A stretch of DNA of 64,000 nucleotides from Candidatus Aceula meridiana (lineage in GTDB: Bacteria; Omnitrophota; Gorgyraeia; Zapsychrales; Aceulaceae): contig JAVCDE010000031.1 in the NCBI GenBank assembly GCA_030765185.1, forward strand, positions 4,650-68,649, in the 5' to 3' direction. The position numbers and the translations under genes are program-made. The notes under the pieces are model-generated. The model saw nothing but the letters and a program-made list of their open reading frames with translations, was not told where the DNA came from and did no database searches. Each line of letters begins with the position of its first letter. Position 1 is the stretch's first letter. Of this stretch, positions 1-12,224 are shown piece by piece.

Positions 1-1
1 T

Positions 2-220
2 TATAATGAAAAAGACCGTCAAAAAGGATATCTTCTTTCCAAAAACCGTCAAGGAGAAAAAGTCAAACTCGGTCTCTTAGCTATTTCTATAGGAATCGTC
101 TCAAGCCGCAATCAAGAGATTAAACACGTTGCCCAAGTGGCAGAAATTGGGGCCGACCTTAAAAAATACGCTAAAAGTATTGAAGGCAGTTCTTTTGTAA
201 GGGATCAACGGCAGGATTAA
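2..220 (+). CDS. Possible 3' end of a CDS that starts upstream of the window (72 codons, no stop until TAA at 218-220). Product unknown.
   Basis: Open frame 2 runs from the window edge to TAA with balanced amino-acid composition in AT-rich DNA. There is no start in the window. It converges on the Flp-like gene. It conflicts with the listed antisense ORF 101..379, which looks spurious. Confidence 0.25.
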   Translation, partial: YNEKDRQKGYLLSKNRQGEKVKLGLLAISIGIVSSRNQEIKHVAQVAEIGADLKKYAKSIEGSSFVRDQRQD

Positions 221-233
221 AAATTTCTGTCGC

Positions 234-461
234 TTAATCATCAATAGGTGCATCGCCGGTATCAAAATCCGGCGGCTCACCCATAAGATGATTTTGAACT
301 TCTGTAAAATAGGCATTCGTTGCTTGCCGTGCTCGTCCGCTTTCCTCATCAAAAAATGAACGAAAAACAAAGAAGGCAATCAAAGCACATATCGTTAAAA
401 GCAAAAGGTATTCAATCGCAGCTTGACCTTTAGAGAAAATCCTTTTAGATGTTTTTTTCAT
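234..461 (-). CDS. Flp/Fap-family type IVb prepilin-like protein (75 aa).
   Basis: The N-terminus KGQAAIEYLLLLTICALIAFFV matches the Flp prepilin motif G-xxxx-EY followed by a hydrophobic helix. An AGGAGGG Shine-Dalgarno sequence sits 6 nt upstream. The ATG overlaps the rpe stop (ATGA). Confidence 0.6.
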   Translation of the reverse strand: MKKTSKRIFSKGQAAIEYLLLLTICALIAFFVFRSFFDEESGRARQATNAYFTEVQNHLMGEPPDFDTGDAPIDD

Positions 462-1174
462 TCTATCCCTCCTAAACTTTTTAAATACTGGATTGTCTCT
501 TTAGGCTTATCAGACCCAAAAAAATAGCTTGCTGTTGCTAAAATATTCGCCCCGGCTTTAACGGCCTCAGGCGCCGTTAGCTGATTAATGCCCCCATCAA
601 CGGCAATATCTTTATCAAAGATATCTCGTAATTGCTGAATCTTAGGAAGAGCAACAGGCATAAATTTCTGCTTCGCAAATCCAGGATTTACAGACATGAT
701 CAAAACGCCGTCTAGATCATTTAAAAGCGGCTCGATGCACAAAGGGCTCCCTGGGTTTAAAACCATGACAACATTTTTTCCGTTGTCTTTAATCCGCTTG
801 ATATCTTTTACAGATTTTGTGACATCAATCACTTCGACTTTTCGCGTATAGCCATCAGCTTCCTTGCTTAGATATCCCTCTTTAGCGTAGCATTCAGCAT
901 GCAAAGAAATAATATCTGCTCCTGCTTTCAAAAAAGGGTCGATAAACATGCTCGGCCTCTCGATCATTAAGTGCACTTCGATCGGAAGTTTTGTAATTGG
1001 ACGAAGAGCTTCTACCATTAAAGGTCCAATAGTAATATTAGGAACAAAATGGCCATCCATGACATCGATATGGAACATATCAACGCCCGCTTCTTCGCAC
1101 TTGAGAATTTCTTTTTCTAAATTTGTGAAATCAGCGCAAAGAATGCTTACGCTCACCTTAACAGCTCTTGCCAT
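458..1174 (-). CDS. rpe: Ribulose-phosphate 3-epimerase.
   Basis: HIDVMDGHFVPNITIGP and the TIM-barrel Rpe signature are present in a 238-aa protein. Confidence 0.9.
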   Translation of the reverse strand: MARAVKVSVSILCADFTNLEKEILKCEEAGVDMFHIDVMDGHFVPNITIGPLMVEALRPITKLPIEVHLMIERPSMFIDPFLKAGADIISLHAECYAKEGYLSKEADGYTRKVEVIDVTKSVKDIKRIKDNGKNVVMVLNPGSPLCIEPLLNDLDGVLIMSVNPGFAKQKFMPVALPKIQQLRDIFDKDIAVDGGINQLTAPEAVKAGANILATASYFFGSDKPKETIQYLKSLGGIE

Positions 1175-1442
1175 AACATCTCCTCTTTTTATTCTAAGTG
1201 AATAAACATTCCTAAAAATTTAGTATACTGCATTTTCCGAACTCTTCCAACGAAAAAAATCATGGAGCCCCCGGCTAAAGCCGTGTCCCCTTCTAATAAC
1301 CCTCCTTCACTCGAAAACTTTCACTTGAAAGCTTCGCAGGGTTATCCATCCAAGAAAAGGCGAACATCCTCCGAAGCAAAAACAATTTCTTATATTTTAT
1401 TCGCATTCATCCACTCCGCCTTAGCTGGGGTGGCTGAATAGC

Positions 1443-1474
1443 AAAACCCTATGAGAATACCCTCACAGGGTTTT
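1443..1474 (-). terminator. Rho-independent terminator downstream of tRNA-Leu.
   Basis: Minus-strand RNA reads CCCUGUGAG-GGUAUU-CUCAUAGGG (9-bp stem with one G-U pair) followed by UUUU. Confidence 0.5.
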
Positions 1475-1480
1475 ATAAAC

Positions 1481-1566
1481 TGGTGCGCGGGAGAGGACTT
1501 GAACCTCCATGGCCTTGCAGCCACATGCCCCTCGAACATGCGTGTCTACCATTCCACCACCCGCGC
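1481..1566 (-). tRNA. tRNA-Leu (type II, long variable arm), probable anticodon GAG.
   Basis: The 86-nt cloverleaf has a GCGCGGG/CCCGCGC acceptor stem, a GGTAGA D-loop resembling E. coli tRNA-Leu, a 15-nt variable arm, GGTTCAAGTCC T-arm and encoded CCA. The anticodon loop parse is UCGAGGG; position 33 is C, so the anticodon is not certain. Confidence 0.8.
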
Positions 1567-1618
1567 AAAAGTTACATTATTATAACGACTCTTTTTAAAA
1601 TTGCAATTGGATTCCGGC

Positions 1619-3235
1619 TCAAGGCTGTGCGTATATTTCTCTTGGCTGAGGAATAAATTGCGCCATGTCGATGATGAGGGTTGGTTCTCTAAAATCTGCC
1701 TGTGTCTTTTTTTCTTTGCCAGAAATAATTCTTATCTTGTACACGTATTTCTTTTCTTTATCATGAAGATCTTCGAAAAGATAGGTAAGCTCTTTTTTTT
1801 GATGGTCTACGAGAATATGATAAATCCTTAGCTTTCCTTTTAGAAACTCTCTTAAAGCACAAGACACAATGCCCCAATCATTATGAGCAAAAAAAGTCGT
1901 AAGATTGCCGTATTCATCTGTGTCCGTCCGAAAATTCTTCGAATCGGGCCGAATAATATAAATTCCCTTATAACTGTTCATTGGCTTTTTTCGCATCGCG
2001 CTCAAGAAGAATTCTGTCTCTTGAACGCTTAAATTAACACGATAAGTTAAAACAGTCTGATAAGCTTGCACCATACCGTAAAGGCCTAAAATTAACAAAA
2101 GAACAAAAAAAGCATCTCTTTTCTTTAAAAAAGAAACCGCATCGGTTCCTCTCTTTAAAGACCATGCTAAAGCAAAAACAACTAAAGCCCCCAAAGCAAA
2201 GTAGCAACGGTAAAAAGACACATTGTTTTCGATGACCAGATTGGGCAAGGAACAAAGAAAAAATATTGCCCCTAAAGCGGCGGCCTTAAAAACAAAACGC
2301 CCTGCGGAAATCCTCTCCTTGTCTTGATGCTTCCTTACCACGGCAAAACATAAACCTAATGCGACAACGAAAATAACGATCCCGGCGTAAAGATTTGTTC
2401 CAAAAATATTCCAAAGATTTAGTGCATTAAAAACAGGTTCTTGAAAATACCATACTATTTTTCCAATAATATCCTTGGTCGTCCCAAAAGGATTGTACCC
2501 GTATAAGTTGTATTGCGTAAAAAATCCCTTTGAAATCTGCAGAATAATACGATAAACAATCAAAGCGACGAAACCAACAAAAAACATATTAATAATTTCC
2601 TGCTTCGCACCTTCGAAAGACTCTCGTTTTGAAAATAAAATAACAAATCCCACCAAAGCCCAATAAAACATAGCCGCGGATTGATAAATCGATAGCGAGC
2701 AGAGCATCAAAAAGACAGCAAGGAAAAAATACCTGTTGAGAATTCTTTGAGAAAGCTTTCCGACTACAGGAATTTTATAAGCTAAAATAGCTGCCCCTAT
2801 GGCCACTAATATACCAAATGGCTGAAACGCCATTCCAGCTTGACAAACAGGTATCTGAAAAGGTGGCAGAGTCAAAATAATTAACGCAAGAAGATTGGCC
2901 TCTAAAAACTTTAAAAAATGTTTTCGCATCCAAAGAGTCATCAGCAAGCCACACCCGCTCAGCTGCAAAATGCTAATAAAGCGAACCAATTTTAAATCAT
3001 CAATGCAATTGATTAGCCAGCTGATTGCCATAAAAAGGCCTGCACCGATAAACCGTCCAATCGCGATATTGAACAATGTTCCCGGGGGACCGATGCGAAC
3101 CTGCGTCTGCAAAAAATAAATAACATCGTCGTGGTAAAAATAGTAGGAGCTAATCGTCGGCCAATAAACGACGGAAAGAAGGACGAGGAATCCTAAAAAG
3201 ATAAGAAAGCCTTGAAGAACTTTTGTTTTAGCCAT
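1619..3235 (-). CDS. Polytopic integral membrane protein with ~12 TM segments and a ~150-aa soluble C-terminal domain. Possibly a GT-C-type glycosyltransferase (ArnT/PMT-like).
   Basis: There are many hydrophobic helices. An acidic FYHDD motif follows TM1 directly, as in the first extracytoplasmic loop of GT-C enzymes. No family-level signature was verified. Confidence 0.4.
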   Translation of the reverse strand: MAKTKVLQGFLIFLGFLVLLSVVYWPTISSYYFYHDDVIYFLQTQVRIGPPGTLFNIAIGRFIGAGLFMAISWLINCIDDLKLVRFISILQLSGCGLLMTLWMRKHFLKFLEANLLALIILTLPPFQIPVCQAGMAFQPFGILVAIGAAILAYKIPVVGKLSQRILNRYFFLAVFLMLCSLSIYQSAAMFYWALVGFVILFSKRESFEGAKQEIINMFFVGFVALIVYRIILQISKGFFTQYNLYGYNPFGTTKDIIGKIVWYFQEPVFNALNLWNIFGTNLYAGIVIFVVALGLCFAVVRKHQDKERISAGRFVFKAAALGAIFFLCSLPNLVIENNVSFYRCYFALGALVVFALAWSLKRGTDAVSFLKKRDAFFVLLLILGLYGMVQAYQTVLTYRVNLSVQETEFFLSAMRKKPMNSYKGIYIIRPDSKNFRTDTDEYGNLTTFFAHNDWGIVSCALREFLKGKLRIYHILVDHQKKELTYLFEDLHDKEKKYVYKIRIISGKEKKTQADFREPTLIIDMAQFIPQPREIYAQP

Positions 3236-3246
3236 AAGGACTGTTT

Positions 3247-4860
3247 TTATTTATCAGCTACAGCAGCCAAAGACGCTGCAATAAATTGCTGAAATAGCGG
3301 ATGAGCGCGATCTGGCTTAGATTTAAATTCCGGATGAAATTGACAAGCAACAAACCAAGGATGATTTTTAAGTTCTAAAATCTCAACAAGATTCTTCTTG
3401 ATGTTGAGTCCGGAAAAAACAACGCCTTTTTTCTCAAATATCTTTCGATATTCATTATTAAACTCATAACGATGGCGATGTCGCTCAGAAATGTTTTCTT
3501 TTTTATAGGCCTGCAGACTTTTTGTTTTTTTCTGCAATTTACAAGGATAAGCACCAAGGCGCATCGTTGCGCCCATATTCTTTACTTTTTTCTGTTCCTC
3601 CAAAAGATTGATAACAGGATATTTTGTGGATTTCTCAAATTCAGTCGAATTTGCATTCTTTAACCCGCAAATATTACGCGCAAACTCAATGGTCGCAATC
3701 TGCATACCTAAGCAAATACCAAGAAATGGGATATTGTTTTCACGGGCAAACTGAACTGCTTTAATCTTTCCCTCTATTCCCCTTGTCCCAAAACCTCCAG
3801 GAATAAGAATTCCATTTGTATCTTTTAAATATTTCTTAGCACCAAACTTTTCAATATCCTCAGAATCAATTTTATTAATAATAACACGTGTATTATTGGC
3901 GATGCCGCCATGAACAAGCGCTTCGTAAATAGACTTATAAGCGTCTGGAAGTGTAATATATTTCCCAACGACAGAAATGCTTACTTCCTTGGCAGGATTC
4001 TTAAGGCGCTTAATAACAAAGTCTTCCCATCTCTTCAGATCACCATCTGGCCTCTTGATATTCAGTTTACGCAAAATCAAATTATCAAGATTTTGCTTCT
4101 TAAAAGCAACAGGTACTTCGTAAATGTATTTAACATCAATAGCCTCAAAAACAGCCTCTCTATCAACGCTACAAAAAAGAGCAATCTTTTCTTTCTGTTC
4201 TTTCGTCATATGCTTTTCTGTTCGGCACAAAAGAATATCCGGTGTGATTCCGATCTCACGCAAACGCCCAACACTATGTTGCGTAGGCTTTGTCTTATGC
4301 TCCCCGGCGGAACGAATATAAGGAAGCAGGGTAACATGGACATTCAAACAATAATTTGCCCCCATCTCCCATTTCATCTGACGAATAGCCTCTAAAAACG
4401 GCAAACTTTCAATATCGCCGACCGTTCCACCAATCTCGACGATCGTGACATCTACATCTTGATCTTTGGCAACCTTCTTAATACCGTCTTTAATCTCATT
4501 AGTAATGTGAGGAATAATTTGGACTGTTTTTCCTAAATAATCTCCACGCCTTTCTTTAGTAATAACCGAATAATAAACCTTTCCGGTTGTAATATTGCTA
4601 TCTTTTCCAACTTTTGTATTTGTAAAACGTTCATAGTGACCAAGATCAAGATCTGTTTCAGCCCCGTCGTCAGTAACATAGACCTCCCCATGCTGAAAAG
4701 GGCTCATGGTTCCAGGGTCAACGTTAAGATAAGGATCACATTTAATAGAAGCAGTCGAAAGGCCGCGCGCCTCAAGCATTTTTCCGATGGAGGCAGCAGC
4801 GATTCCCTTCCCTAGGCTCGAGACAACCCCTCCTGTCACAAAAATAAATTTACTCATCAA
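3247..4860 (-). CDS. pyrG: CTP synthase (glutamine-hydrolysing).
   Basis: The N-terminus [20 protein letters not shown] and the C-terminal GATase domain (GICLGMQ) are present. Confidence 0.95.
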   Translation of the reverse strand: MMSKFIFVTGGVVSSLGKGIAAASIGKMLEARGLSTASIKCDPYLNVDPGTMSPFQHGEVYVTDDGAETDLDLGHYERFTNTKVGKDSNITTGKVYYSVITKERRGDYLGKTVQIIPHITNEIKDGIKKVAKDQDVDVTIVEIGGTVGDIESLPFLEAIRQMKWEMGANYCLNVHVTLLPYIRSAGEHKTKPTQHSVGRLREIGITPDILLCRTEKHMTKEQKEKIALFCSVDREAVFEAIDVKYIYEVPVAFKKQNLDNLILRKLNIKRPDGDLKRWEDFVIKRLKNPAKEVSISVVGKYITLPDAYKSIYEALVHGGIANNTRVIINKIDSEDIEKFGAKKYLKDTNGILIPGGFGTRGIEGKIKAVQFARENNIPFLGICLGMQIATIEFARNICGLKNANSTEFEKSTKYPVINLLEEQKKVKNMGATMRLGAYPCKLQKKTKSLQAYKKENISERHRHRYEFNNEYRKIFEKKGVVFSGLNIKKNLVEILELKNHPWFVACQFHPEFKSKPDRAHPLFQQFIAASLAAVADK

Positions 4861-4943
4861 TAGCCTCCTGTTGTTTTCTTAAAACTTTTCATATTATAAT
4901 CAAAATTTTATCTATATTCATCAAAAAAACTTTTAAAAGGATC

Positions 4944-6314
4944 CTACTCCAAAAGAAACTTACTCTGATTCTTCGGGATTTCTTCTGGATATTTTCCATC
5001 AAAACACGCATGACAAAAATGTCTGGGCTCTTTCATCACATCCAACATCCCTTCAAGGCTTAAATATTTTAATGAGTCTACTCTAATAAATTTAGCAATT
5101 TCTTCAATGCTTTTATTCGATGCGATCAACTCTTTTTTGCTCGGAAAATCAATTCCATAAAAACAAGGAAATGTAATTGGTGGGCATGTAACGCGAAAAT
5201 GAATTTCTTTAGCGCCTGCCTTGCGAAGCTCTTCCACGCGGCTTCGGCTTGTTGTCCCGCGGACAATAGAATCTTCGACAACAATAATCTTTTTCCCTTT
5301 TAAAACATCACGAATAGGATTTAATTTAATGCGGACTCTCGACTCTCTTAAAAACTGGCTTGGCTGAATAAAAGTGCGTCCTACATAATGGTTTCGAATC
5401 ATGCCAATTTCTAAAGGAATCCCTGAAGCCTCAGCATAGCCTAAGGCCGCATAGTTGCCTGAATCAGGAATAGCCATTACAAAATCAGCCTCGGCAGGAT
5501 GTTCTTTAGCAAGCCGCTTGCCTAAGCGTTTTCTCGTCAGATAGACATTATCCTCAAAAATATGGCTGTCTGGACGGGCAAAATAAATATTTTCAAAAAC
5601 ACATTGCGACTTCTTATCTCTTCTTTCATCCGTAAAGAAAAACGATTCAACCTTGCCATCTTTAATAAAAACAATTTCTCCTGGCTCAACTTCTCGAACA
5701 AATTCTGCTCCTGCCAAATCAAACGCACATGTTTCGCTGGCTAAAAGATAAGCACCGTCTTTTTTCCCTAAACAAAGTGGACGAAAACCATAAGCATCCC
5801 GCGCGCCAACAAGTAAATCCTCAATTAGAAAAATCACAGAAAAAGCGCCTTTTAGCTGTTTAAGCGCTGAGGCCATCCATTGCTTCATGTCCCCATTCTT
5901 TGTCTTTGCCAGAAGATGAACAATAATTTCAGAATCCATCGTTGTTTGAAAAATGGATCCTTCTTCTTCCAATCTTTTATGGAGTTCCTCGGTGTTTGTA
6001 AGGTTTCCATTATGAGCAATGGCAATCGACCGCCCTTTATGAGTCGCTAAAAATGGTTGGGTATTCTTTAGATTGCTTGATCCCGTCGTTGAATAACGTG
6101 TATGCCCTACCGCAAAATTTCCCTTTAGATCTTCAACAACTTTCTGACTAAAGAAATCAGCAACAAGCCCAATAGATTTCTCTTTATGGATTCCCTTGCC
6201 GTCAAAAGAAACAATTCCACAAGATTCTTCCCCCCGATGCTGAAGAGCATAAAGACTTAAGAAAACAACCTGCGCTGCCTCACTATGATTAGAAACGCCT
6301 ACGATGCCGCACAT
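4944..6314 (-). CDS. purF: Amidophosphoribosyltransferase.
   Basis: MCGIVGV Ntn-hydrolase N-terminus, a PRTase domain and C-terminal Cys ligands are present. The start overlaps carB by 16 nt. Confidence 0.95.
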   Translation of the reverse strand: MCGIVGVSNHSEAAQVVFLSLYALQHRGEESCGIVSFDGKGIHKEKSIGLVADFFSQKVVEDLKGNFAVGHTRYSTTGSSNLKNTQPFLATHKGRSIAIAHNGNLTNTEELHKRLEEEGSIFQTTMDSEIIVHLLAKTKNGDMKQWMASALKQLKGAFSVIFLIEDLLVGARDAYGFRPLCLGKKDGAYLLASETCAFDLAGAEFVREVEPGEIVFIKDGKVESFFFTDERRDKKSQCVFENIYFARPDSHIFEDNVYLTRKRLGKRLAKEHPAEADFVMAIPDSGNYAALGYAEASGIPLEIGMIRNHYVGRTFIQPSQFLRESRVRIKLNPIRDVLKGKKIIVVEDSIVRGTTSRSRVEELRKAGAKEIHFRVTCPPITFPCFYGIDFPSKKELIASNKSIEEIAKFIRVDSLKYLSLEGMLDVMKEPRHFCHACFDGKYPEEIPKNQSKFLLE

Positions 6315-9300
6315 TGCTTTTCCCTTTCTTTGTAGTAATCTTGCAAAGACTTCGTCACAAACCCTTTTTCTTTGCTTGTTTCAATCCCGTTAATAGCCGC
6401 CCACGCCCCCTGAAGAGTTGTAATGCAAGGAATGTCGTATACGGTTGCCGCAGAACGAATAGATCTCATATCCGACTGGCTTCGTTCACCGGACGGCGTA
6501 TTAATAATCAGCCGTAACTCATTCTTTTTAATCATAGCTAGAAGATTGTTTTTGCCGTCACCGACTTTATCTACAATTGCTACTTTAACACCGTTAGCTT
6601 TTAGTGCCCGCGCCGTTCCTTTTGTTGAGAAAATCGTAAAGCCCATATCGGAAAGCTTTTTTGCTAAAAAAGCAATATTACGCTTATCCGTGTCATTAAC
6701 ACTTAAAAAAAGTTTTCCTTCTTGAGGTAATGATTGATTTGCGCACATCTGTGCTTTTGCAAAAGCCGCACCAAAGGTAACATCAATACCCATGACCTCT
6801 CCTGTGGATTTCATCTCTGGGCCCAACACAATATCCACGCCAGAAAAACGCGAAAAAGGCAAAACCGATTCTTTAACTGAAATATGCTCGAGAGTCTCAG
6901 GATCCACAAATTGAAAATCAGCAACTTTCTTTCCTGCCATAATCTTTGATGCAATTTTTGCTAGTGGTGTTCCAGTGGCTTTGCTCACAAAAGGAACCGT
7001 GCGCGAAGCACGGGGGTTAACTTCTAAAACATAAATCTGCTCACCTTTAACAGCAAACTGAATATTTAAAAGCCCGACAACCTTTAAGCCCTTAGCAATC
7101 TTACACGTATGCTTTTTAATCTGGCTAAGAAGATTTTGACTTAATGTGTGCGGTGGCAAAACACAGGCCGAATCTCCAGAGTGAATTCCTGCATTCTCAA
7201 TGTGTTCCATCATGCCGGCAACAAATGTATTTTCCCCATCAGAAATAGCGTCAACATCAACCTCAATGGCATCTTCAATAAATTTATCAATCAAAATCGG
7301 ATGACCCTGCGAAACATCTTTGGCCTCTTCAATAAATTCAAGTAACGCTTTTTTGTTATAAACAATTTTCATCGCGCGTCCGCCTAAAACATAAGAAGGC
7401 CTGGCTAAAACAGGATAGCCAATTCTTGTCGCGACTTGAACAGCCTCTTCAACAGAATTTGCTGATCCATTTTTAGGCTGAATAATGTCTAGCTGAGTAA
7501 TAAAATTTGAAAACTTTTCCCGATTTTCTGCCAGGTCGATAGATTCCACGCTCGTGCCAATAATAGGAACTCCGGCATCGTTTAAGCGACGTGCCAAATT
7601 TAGCGGCGTTTGACCACCAAACTGAACAATAACACCGTCAGGTTTTTCCGACTCTATAATATTCATAACATCTTCAAATGTCAGCGGTTCAAAATATAAT
7701 TTGTCTGAAGTGTCATAATCTGTTGAAACCGTTTCAGGATTTGAATTAATCATAATCGTCTCGCACCCTAATTCTTTAAGCGCAAACGAAGCGTGGCAAC
7801 AGCAATAATCGAACTCAATACCTTGGCCAATACGATTTGGGCCTCCGCCTAAAATCATAATTTTTCTTTTAGGAGCGTCATCATCTGTTTTCTTAACAGC
7901 GTTACCCTCATCTTCTTGTTCATAAGTTGAATAATAATACGGTGTATAGGCTTCAAATTCTGCGGCACACGTATCAACAAGCTTAAAGACGGCTTTAATT
8001 CCCGCCTCTTTGCGCAAATTGCGCACACTCAGCTCATCTGTTTTCATAATTTCAGAAAGTTGCGCATCAGAAAATCCAAATTGCTTAGCCTGCCTTAAAG
8101 CTTCCACTGAAAGTGTTTTACTTTGTTTAAATTCTTTAATTAAGGCATTCTCAAAATCTACAATCTCTTTAATATTGGCAACAAACCAAGGGTCAACTCT
8201 AGAAAGTTCATAAATCTCGTCAACGCTCATTCCTTTTTGAAGCGCGTATTTGATATAAAAAATACGCGAAGCGTTAGGAACCTGCAGCCTCATCTTGATT
8301 TTTTCATCCGAAATAGTGTTGTAATCTAATTTATTATCTAGTCCACTATGGCCAATTTCCAATCCACGTAAACCCTTTTGCAGCGATTCTTTGAATGTGC
8401 GCCCAATCGCCATAGTTTCTCCAACAGACTTCATGGAAACGCCTAAGGTGTCTCCGGCTTCTGGAAATTTCTCGAAAGTAAAACGTGGTATTTTGGTCAC
8501 ACAATAATCAATGGTAGGCTCAAATGAAGCTGGAGTTTCTTTGGTAATGTCATTTCGAATTTCATCTAAAGAATATCCGACAGCAAGCTTTGCGGCGAAT
8601 TTTGCAATAGGAAATCCTGTTGCTTTGCTCGCCAAAGCAGAACTGCGCGAAACACGCGGATTAACTTCAATGACAACAATGCGCCCGGTATTCGGATGCA
8701 CAGCAAACTGAACATTACAACCACCTGTCTCGACGCCAATTTCACGAATAAGCTTAAGCGTCTGATTCCGCATTTCTTGATATTCTTTATCGCTTAACGT
8801 CTGTGCCGGAGCTACAGTAATGCTATCTCCTGTATGCACTCCCATAGGATCAATATTTTCAATAGAGCAAATAATTACAACATTATCTTTGCAATCGCGC
8901 ATGACTTCTAGCTCATACTCTTTCCAACCAGCAATAGATTCCTCGATAAGGATTTCATTGATCATGCTGCTTTCAATGCCTAAAAATGCCAAACGCTCAA
9001 AATCTTCCTCGCTATAAACAATAGCCCCACCCGTACCACCTAAAGTATAGCTCGGACGGATAATCATCGGAAAATCTATTTTTTTAGCAACTTCCCTTGC
9101 CTCTTCCATGTTATGAGCAAAAGCGCTTTCAGGAACGTCTAGCCCAACCTTTAAAACAGCTTGCTTAAAACATTCACGGTCCTCAGCTTTTTTAATAACC
9201 TCATATCCAGCTCCAATAAGCTCAACATTGTATTTTTCTAAAATGCCTTGCTCGGAAACTTTCATCGCAAGATTTAGGCCTGTTTGTCCTCCTAAGGTTG

Positions 9301-9568
9301 GCAAAAGCGCATCCGGCCTTTCTTTTGCGATAACGCGCTCAACAAATTCTGGAGTCAGTGGCTCGATATACGTCGCATCCGCGATTTCTGGGTCAGTCAT
9401 AATCGTCGCGGGATTAGAATTAATCAAAACAACTTGATATCCTTCTTCCTTAAGCGCCTTGCACGCCTGCGTGCCAGAATAATCAAACTCGCATGCCTGG
9501 CCAATAATAATCGGACCCGAACCAATCAACAAAATTTTCTTAATATCGTTACGTCGTGGCATTTGCAC
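6299..9568 (-). CDS. carB: Carbamoyl-phosphate synthase large subunit.
   Basis: 1089 aa with duplicated ATP-grasp halves and an MGS-like C-terminal domain. Confidence 0.95.
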   Translation of the reverse strand: MQMPRRNDIKKILLIGSGPIIIGQACEFDYSGTQACKALKEEGYQVVLINSNPATIMTDPEIADATYIEPLTPEFVERVIAKERPDALLPTLGGQTGLNLAMKVSEQGILEKYNVELIGAGYEVIKKAEDRECFKQAVLKVGLDVPESAFAHNMEEAREVAKKIDFPMIIRPSYTLGGTGGAIVYSEEDFERLAFLGIESSMINEILIEESIAGWKEYELEVMRDCKDNVVIICSIENIDPMGVHTGDSITVAPAQTLSDKEYQEMRNQTLKLIREIGVETGGCNVQFAVHPNTGRIVVIEVNPRVSRSSALASKATGFPIAKFAAKLAVGYSLDEIRNDITKETPASFEPTIDYCVTKIPRFTFEKFPEAGDTLGVSMKSVGETMAIGRTFKESLQKGLRGLEIGHSGLDNKLDYNTISDEKIKMRLQVPNASRIFYIKYALQKGMSVDEIYELSRVDPWFVANIKEIVDFENALIKEFKQSKTLSVEALRQAKQFGFSDAQLSEIMKTDELSVRNLRKEAGIKAVFKLVDTCAAEFEAYTPYYYSTYEQEDEGNAVKKTDDDAPKRKIMILGGGPNRIGQGIEFDYCCCHASFALKELGCETIMINSNPETVSTDYDTSDKLYFEPLTFEDVMNIIESEKPDGVIVQFGGQTPLNLARRLNDAGVPIIGTSVESIDLAENREKFSNFITQLDIIQPKNGSANSVEEAVQVATRIGYPVLARPSYVLGGRAMKIVYNKKALLEFIEEAKDVSQGHPILIDKFIEDAIEVDVDAISDGENTFVAGMMEHIENAGIHSGDSACVLPPHTLSQNLLSQIKKHTCKIAKGLKVVGLLNIQFAVKGEQIYVLEVNPRASRTVPFVSKATGTPLAKIASKIMAGKKVADFQFVDPETLEHISVKESVLPFSRFSGVDIVLGPEMKSTGEVMGIDVTFGAAFAKAQMCANQSLPQEGKLFLSVNDTDKRNIAFLAKKLSDMGFTIFSTKGTARALKANGVKVAIVDKVGDGKNNLLAMIKKNELRLIINTPSGERSQSDMRSIRSAATVYDIPCITTLQGAWAAINGIETSKEKGFVTKSLQDYYKEREKQCAAS

Positions 9569-10646
9569 CTTTCATCATATTTATAAATGTGTGAAACAAA
9601 TACCGTGCATCATGCGGCCCAGGCGATGCCTCAGGATGATACTGAACACAAAACAAGGGATATTTCTTATGGATTAATCCCTCAACAGTCTGGTCGTTAA
9701 GGTTGACATGCGTAACTTCAACTTCCCCTTTTGGCAAACTATCTGTATCTACGCAAAATCCATGATTTTGTGAAGTAATCGCAATCTTATCTTCAGCAAG
9801 ATCTTTGACAGGATGATTTGCGCCTCTGTGGCCAAATTTTAATTTATAAGTTTTTCCACCTAAAGCTAAGCCTAAAATTTGATGGCCAAGACAAATACCA
9901 AAAATTGGTATTTGTCCTATAAAATTCTTTACAGTCTCAGCAACATAAGGCACAGCAGCCGGATCACCCGGGCCATTAGACACAAAAAGTCCATCAGGAT
10001 TAATCGCGCTAATTTCTTGAATCGTCGCTGTTGCAGGAAAAACATGAACCTCACAACCCATTTTAGTTAAAATACGTAAAATATTATATTTAATGCCGCA
10101 ATCAATCGCCGCAACCTTAAAAGCTGAACTTGTGCCTTCCTCCCAGATATATTTTTCTTTTGTAGTCACTTCCTTAACCCAGTCAGCACCTTCCATGCTG
10201 GGAACAGCTCTAAGCTTTTTGGCTAAGCTTTCAGGGTCAAAATCCTCTGTAGAAATCATGCCTTTCATTGCCCCTTGCAAACGTAGATGTCGCGTCAAGG
10301 CGCGCGTATCCACACTCTCAATAGCAACAATATTGTTTTCGTTTAGATAATCGGTAAGACTTTTAGTGGCGCGGAAATTAGATACTCGACGGGCAAATTC
10401 TTTAACAATAAACCCTTTTACATGAATTTTGTTTGACTCAACATCTTCCTTGTTGACGCCATAGTTGCCAATCAAAGGATAAGTCATCGTAACAATTTGA
10501 CCGGCATAAGATGGGTCGGTGAGAATTTCTTGATAGCCGGTCATGGAAGTATTAAAAACAACTTCACCAGCACTTTCCCCTGAGGAAAAAATGGATCGTC
10601 CTTCAAAAATCGTGCCATCTTGAAGATATACAACTGCTTTTTTCAT
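9549..10646 (-). CDS. carA: Carbamoyl-phosphate synthase small subunit (glutamine amidotransferase).
   Basis: CPSase small-chain N-domain plus a GATase1 domain with GICLGHQ. It overlaps carB by 20 nt. Confidence 0.95.
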   Translation of the reverse strand: MKKAVVYLQDGTIFEGRSIFSSGESAGEVVFNTSMTGYQEILTDPSYAGQIVTMTYPLIGNYGVNKEDVESNKIHVKGFIVKEFARRVSNFRATKSLTDYLNENNIVAIESVDTRALTRHLRLQGAMKGMISTEDFDPESLAKKLRAVPSMEGADWVKEVTTKEKYIWEEGTSSAFKVAAIDCGIKYNILRILTKMGCEVHVFPATATIQEISAINPDGLFVSNGPGDPAAVPYVAETVKNFIGQIPIFGICLGHQILGLALGGKTYKLKFGHRGANHPVKDLAEDKIAITSQNHGFCVDTDSLPKGEVEVTHVNLNDQTVEGLIHKKYPLFCVQYHPEASPGPHDARYLFHTFINMMKGANATT

Positions 10647-10763
10647 GAAAATTCTTTAGAAAATATTTTAAAAAGTTTGGCTGTGAAAACCAGCAACACT
10701 ATACCATTAACCGCATAGACGTCAAGAAAATATTAATTAGTATCTATATAAATAAGCTAAATT

Positions 10764-12224
10764 TTATTTATTTAAGTATCCATGGACTTCTTGGGCTGCA
10801 TTGCGTCCCTCATGGATAGCCCAAACCACTAAAGATTGTCCTCTTCGCATATCTCCTGCCGCAAAAACACCCTTGATGCTCGTCATATAATCAGCTGTTT
10901 TAACGTTTCCGCGCTCATCTAAGCCTACCCCAAGGCCCTCTAAAAGGCCTTTCTTAACGGGACTGACAAATCCCATTGCCAGAAATATTCTATCTGCTTC
11001 TAAGGTAAATTCAGATTTAGGAACCTCTTTCATAGGACTACGCCCTGTTTTCGAATCTTTTTCACCAAATTCTAAACGAACACCATGAAGCTTTGTAAGC
11101 TTTCCGTTTTTACCGCTCAGATTCTTTGTCAAAATTCCATAATGCTGTTCAACGCCTTCTTCCTGCGAGGTAGATGTTCTCTTGATAAAAGCCCAATGAG
11201 GCCAAGGGTTGTCTTGGGCGCGCTCTTTTGGCAGCTCAGGAAGAAGTTCGAGCTGTTTAACAGAAGCCGCCCCTTGCCTATTAGCCGTACCAACACAATC
11301 AGCGCCTGTATCTCCTCCACCTAAAACAATAACCCGCTGACCCTTAACATCAATGCGCGCTTCGTCATTAATAGTCTCCCCTCGATTAACTCTGTTTTGC
11401 TGAGTTAAGAAGTCCATAGCAAAATGAACGCCGCTAAGTTCTCGGCCAGGAACATCTAAATCGCGTGGTTTTTCAGAGCCGCCTGCCAAAACAACAGCAT
11501 CAAATTTCTTTAACAACTCATCAGTTGCCATATCAATACCGACATTCGTTTTTATTTTAAACTGAACTCCCTCTTTTTCCATAATCTCAACGCGGCGAAT
11601 AATAACTCGTTTCTCAAGCTTAAAATCTGGAATTCCTAAAGCCAAAAGCCCTCCGATAACTTCGTTCTTTTCAAAAACAACTACCTGATGGCCTTTTTTG
11701 TTTAGCTGGTCAGCGCAAGCTAAACCAGACGGGCCAGAGCCAACAACAGCTACTTTTTTGCCTGTCCTTCGTTTCGGCGGGCGAGGAGTAATCCACCCTT
11801 TGCTATAAGCCTTTTCAATAATTGAAACTTCAATATTTTTAATCGTGACCGCTGGATCTGTGATACCTAAAGTGCAAGAATTTTCACATGGGGCCGGGCA
11901 CAGGCGTCCTGTAAATTCTGGAAAATTATTTGTCTTTTGCAATCGCTCAATAGCCTCTTGCCAACGATTTTGATAAACAAGGTCATTCCAATCTGGAATA
12001 ATGTTTCCGATAGGGCATCCCCACTGACAAAATGGGATACCACAATCCATGCAACGGGCCCCTTGTCTGCGCAAGAGCTCTTCACCGGGCACCTCATAAA
12101 ACTCCTTCCAGTGCTTGAGACGATCCTCAACGCTCTGCCTATGAAATTCTTCCCGATTATATTCTAGGAAACCTTTAATCTGACCCATTTTCAATTTCCT
12201 CTTCTTGAACTTGTTTTTCAACAA
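10764..12224 (-). CDS. gltD: Glutamate synthase (NADPH) small subunit. The real start is probably the internal [10 protein letters not shown] at ~12188.
   Basis: [10 protein letters not shown] Fe-S motif, FAD/NAD Rossmann motifs GSGPSGL and GGGDTGAD. The listed N-terminus would overlap gltB by 50 nt, and an in-frame ATG with a conserved GltD start sits 36 nt downstream. Confidence 0.85.
   Translation of the reverse strand: MLKNKFKKRKLKMGQIKGFLEYNREEFHRQSVEDRLKHWKEFYEVPGEELLRRQGARCMDCGIPFCQWGCPIGNIIPDWNDLVYQNRWQEAIERLQKTNNFPEFTGRLCPAPCENSCTLGITDPAVTIKNIEVSIIEKAYSKGWITPRPPKRRTGKKVAVVGSGPSGLACADQLNKKGHQVVVFEKNEVIGGLLALGIPDFKLEKRVIIRRVEIMEKEGVQFKIKTNVGIDMATDELLKKFDAVVLAGGSEKPRDLDVPGRELSGVHFAMDFLTQQNRVNRGETINDEARIDVKGQRVIVLGGGDTGADCVGTANRQGAASVKQLELLPELPKERAQDNPWPHWAFIKRTSTSQEEGVEQHYGILTKNLSGKNGKLTKLHGVRLEFGEKDSKTGRSPMKEVPKSEFTLEADRIFLAMGFVSPVKKGLLEGLGVGLDERGNVKTADYMTSIKGVFAAGDMRRGQSLVVWAIHEGRNAAQEVHGYLNK

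Noticed and set aside
101-379. Listed 92-aa minus-strand ORF at the window start.
   Set aside because: Its composition looks low-complexity and junk-like. It overlaps the well-supported Flp-like gene (234..461) in another frame. It is also antisense to an open plus-strand frame that looks more protein-like. Treated as spurious.
948-1205. 85-aa plus-strand ORF antisense to rpe.
   Set aside because: It lies entirely within or antisense to a confidently identified rpe gene. Antisense artefact.
1481-1566. Alternative assignment of the long-arm tRNA as tRNA-Ser (reading CGA in the loop).
   Set aside because: The D-arm and variable-arm pattern is closer to bacterial tRNA-Leu, and a 5-bp anticodon stem is only obtained with the GAG parse. 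The unusual C33 is noted as a residual uncertainty.
3910-4395. 161-aa plus-strand ORF inside pyrG.
   Set aside because: Antisense to CTP synthase, with a low-complexity translation.
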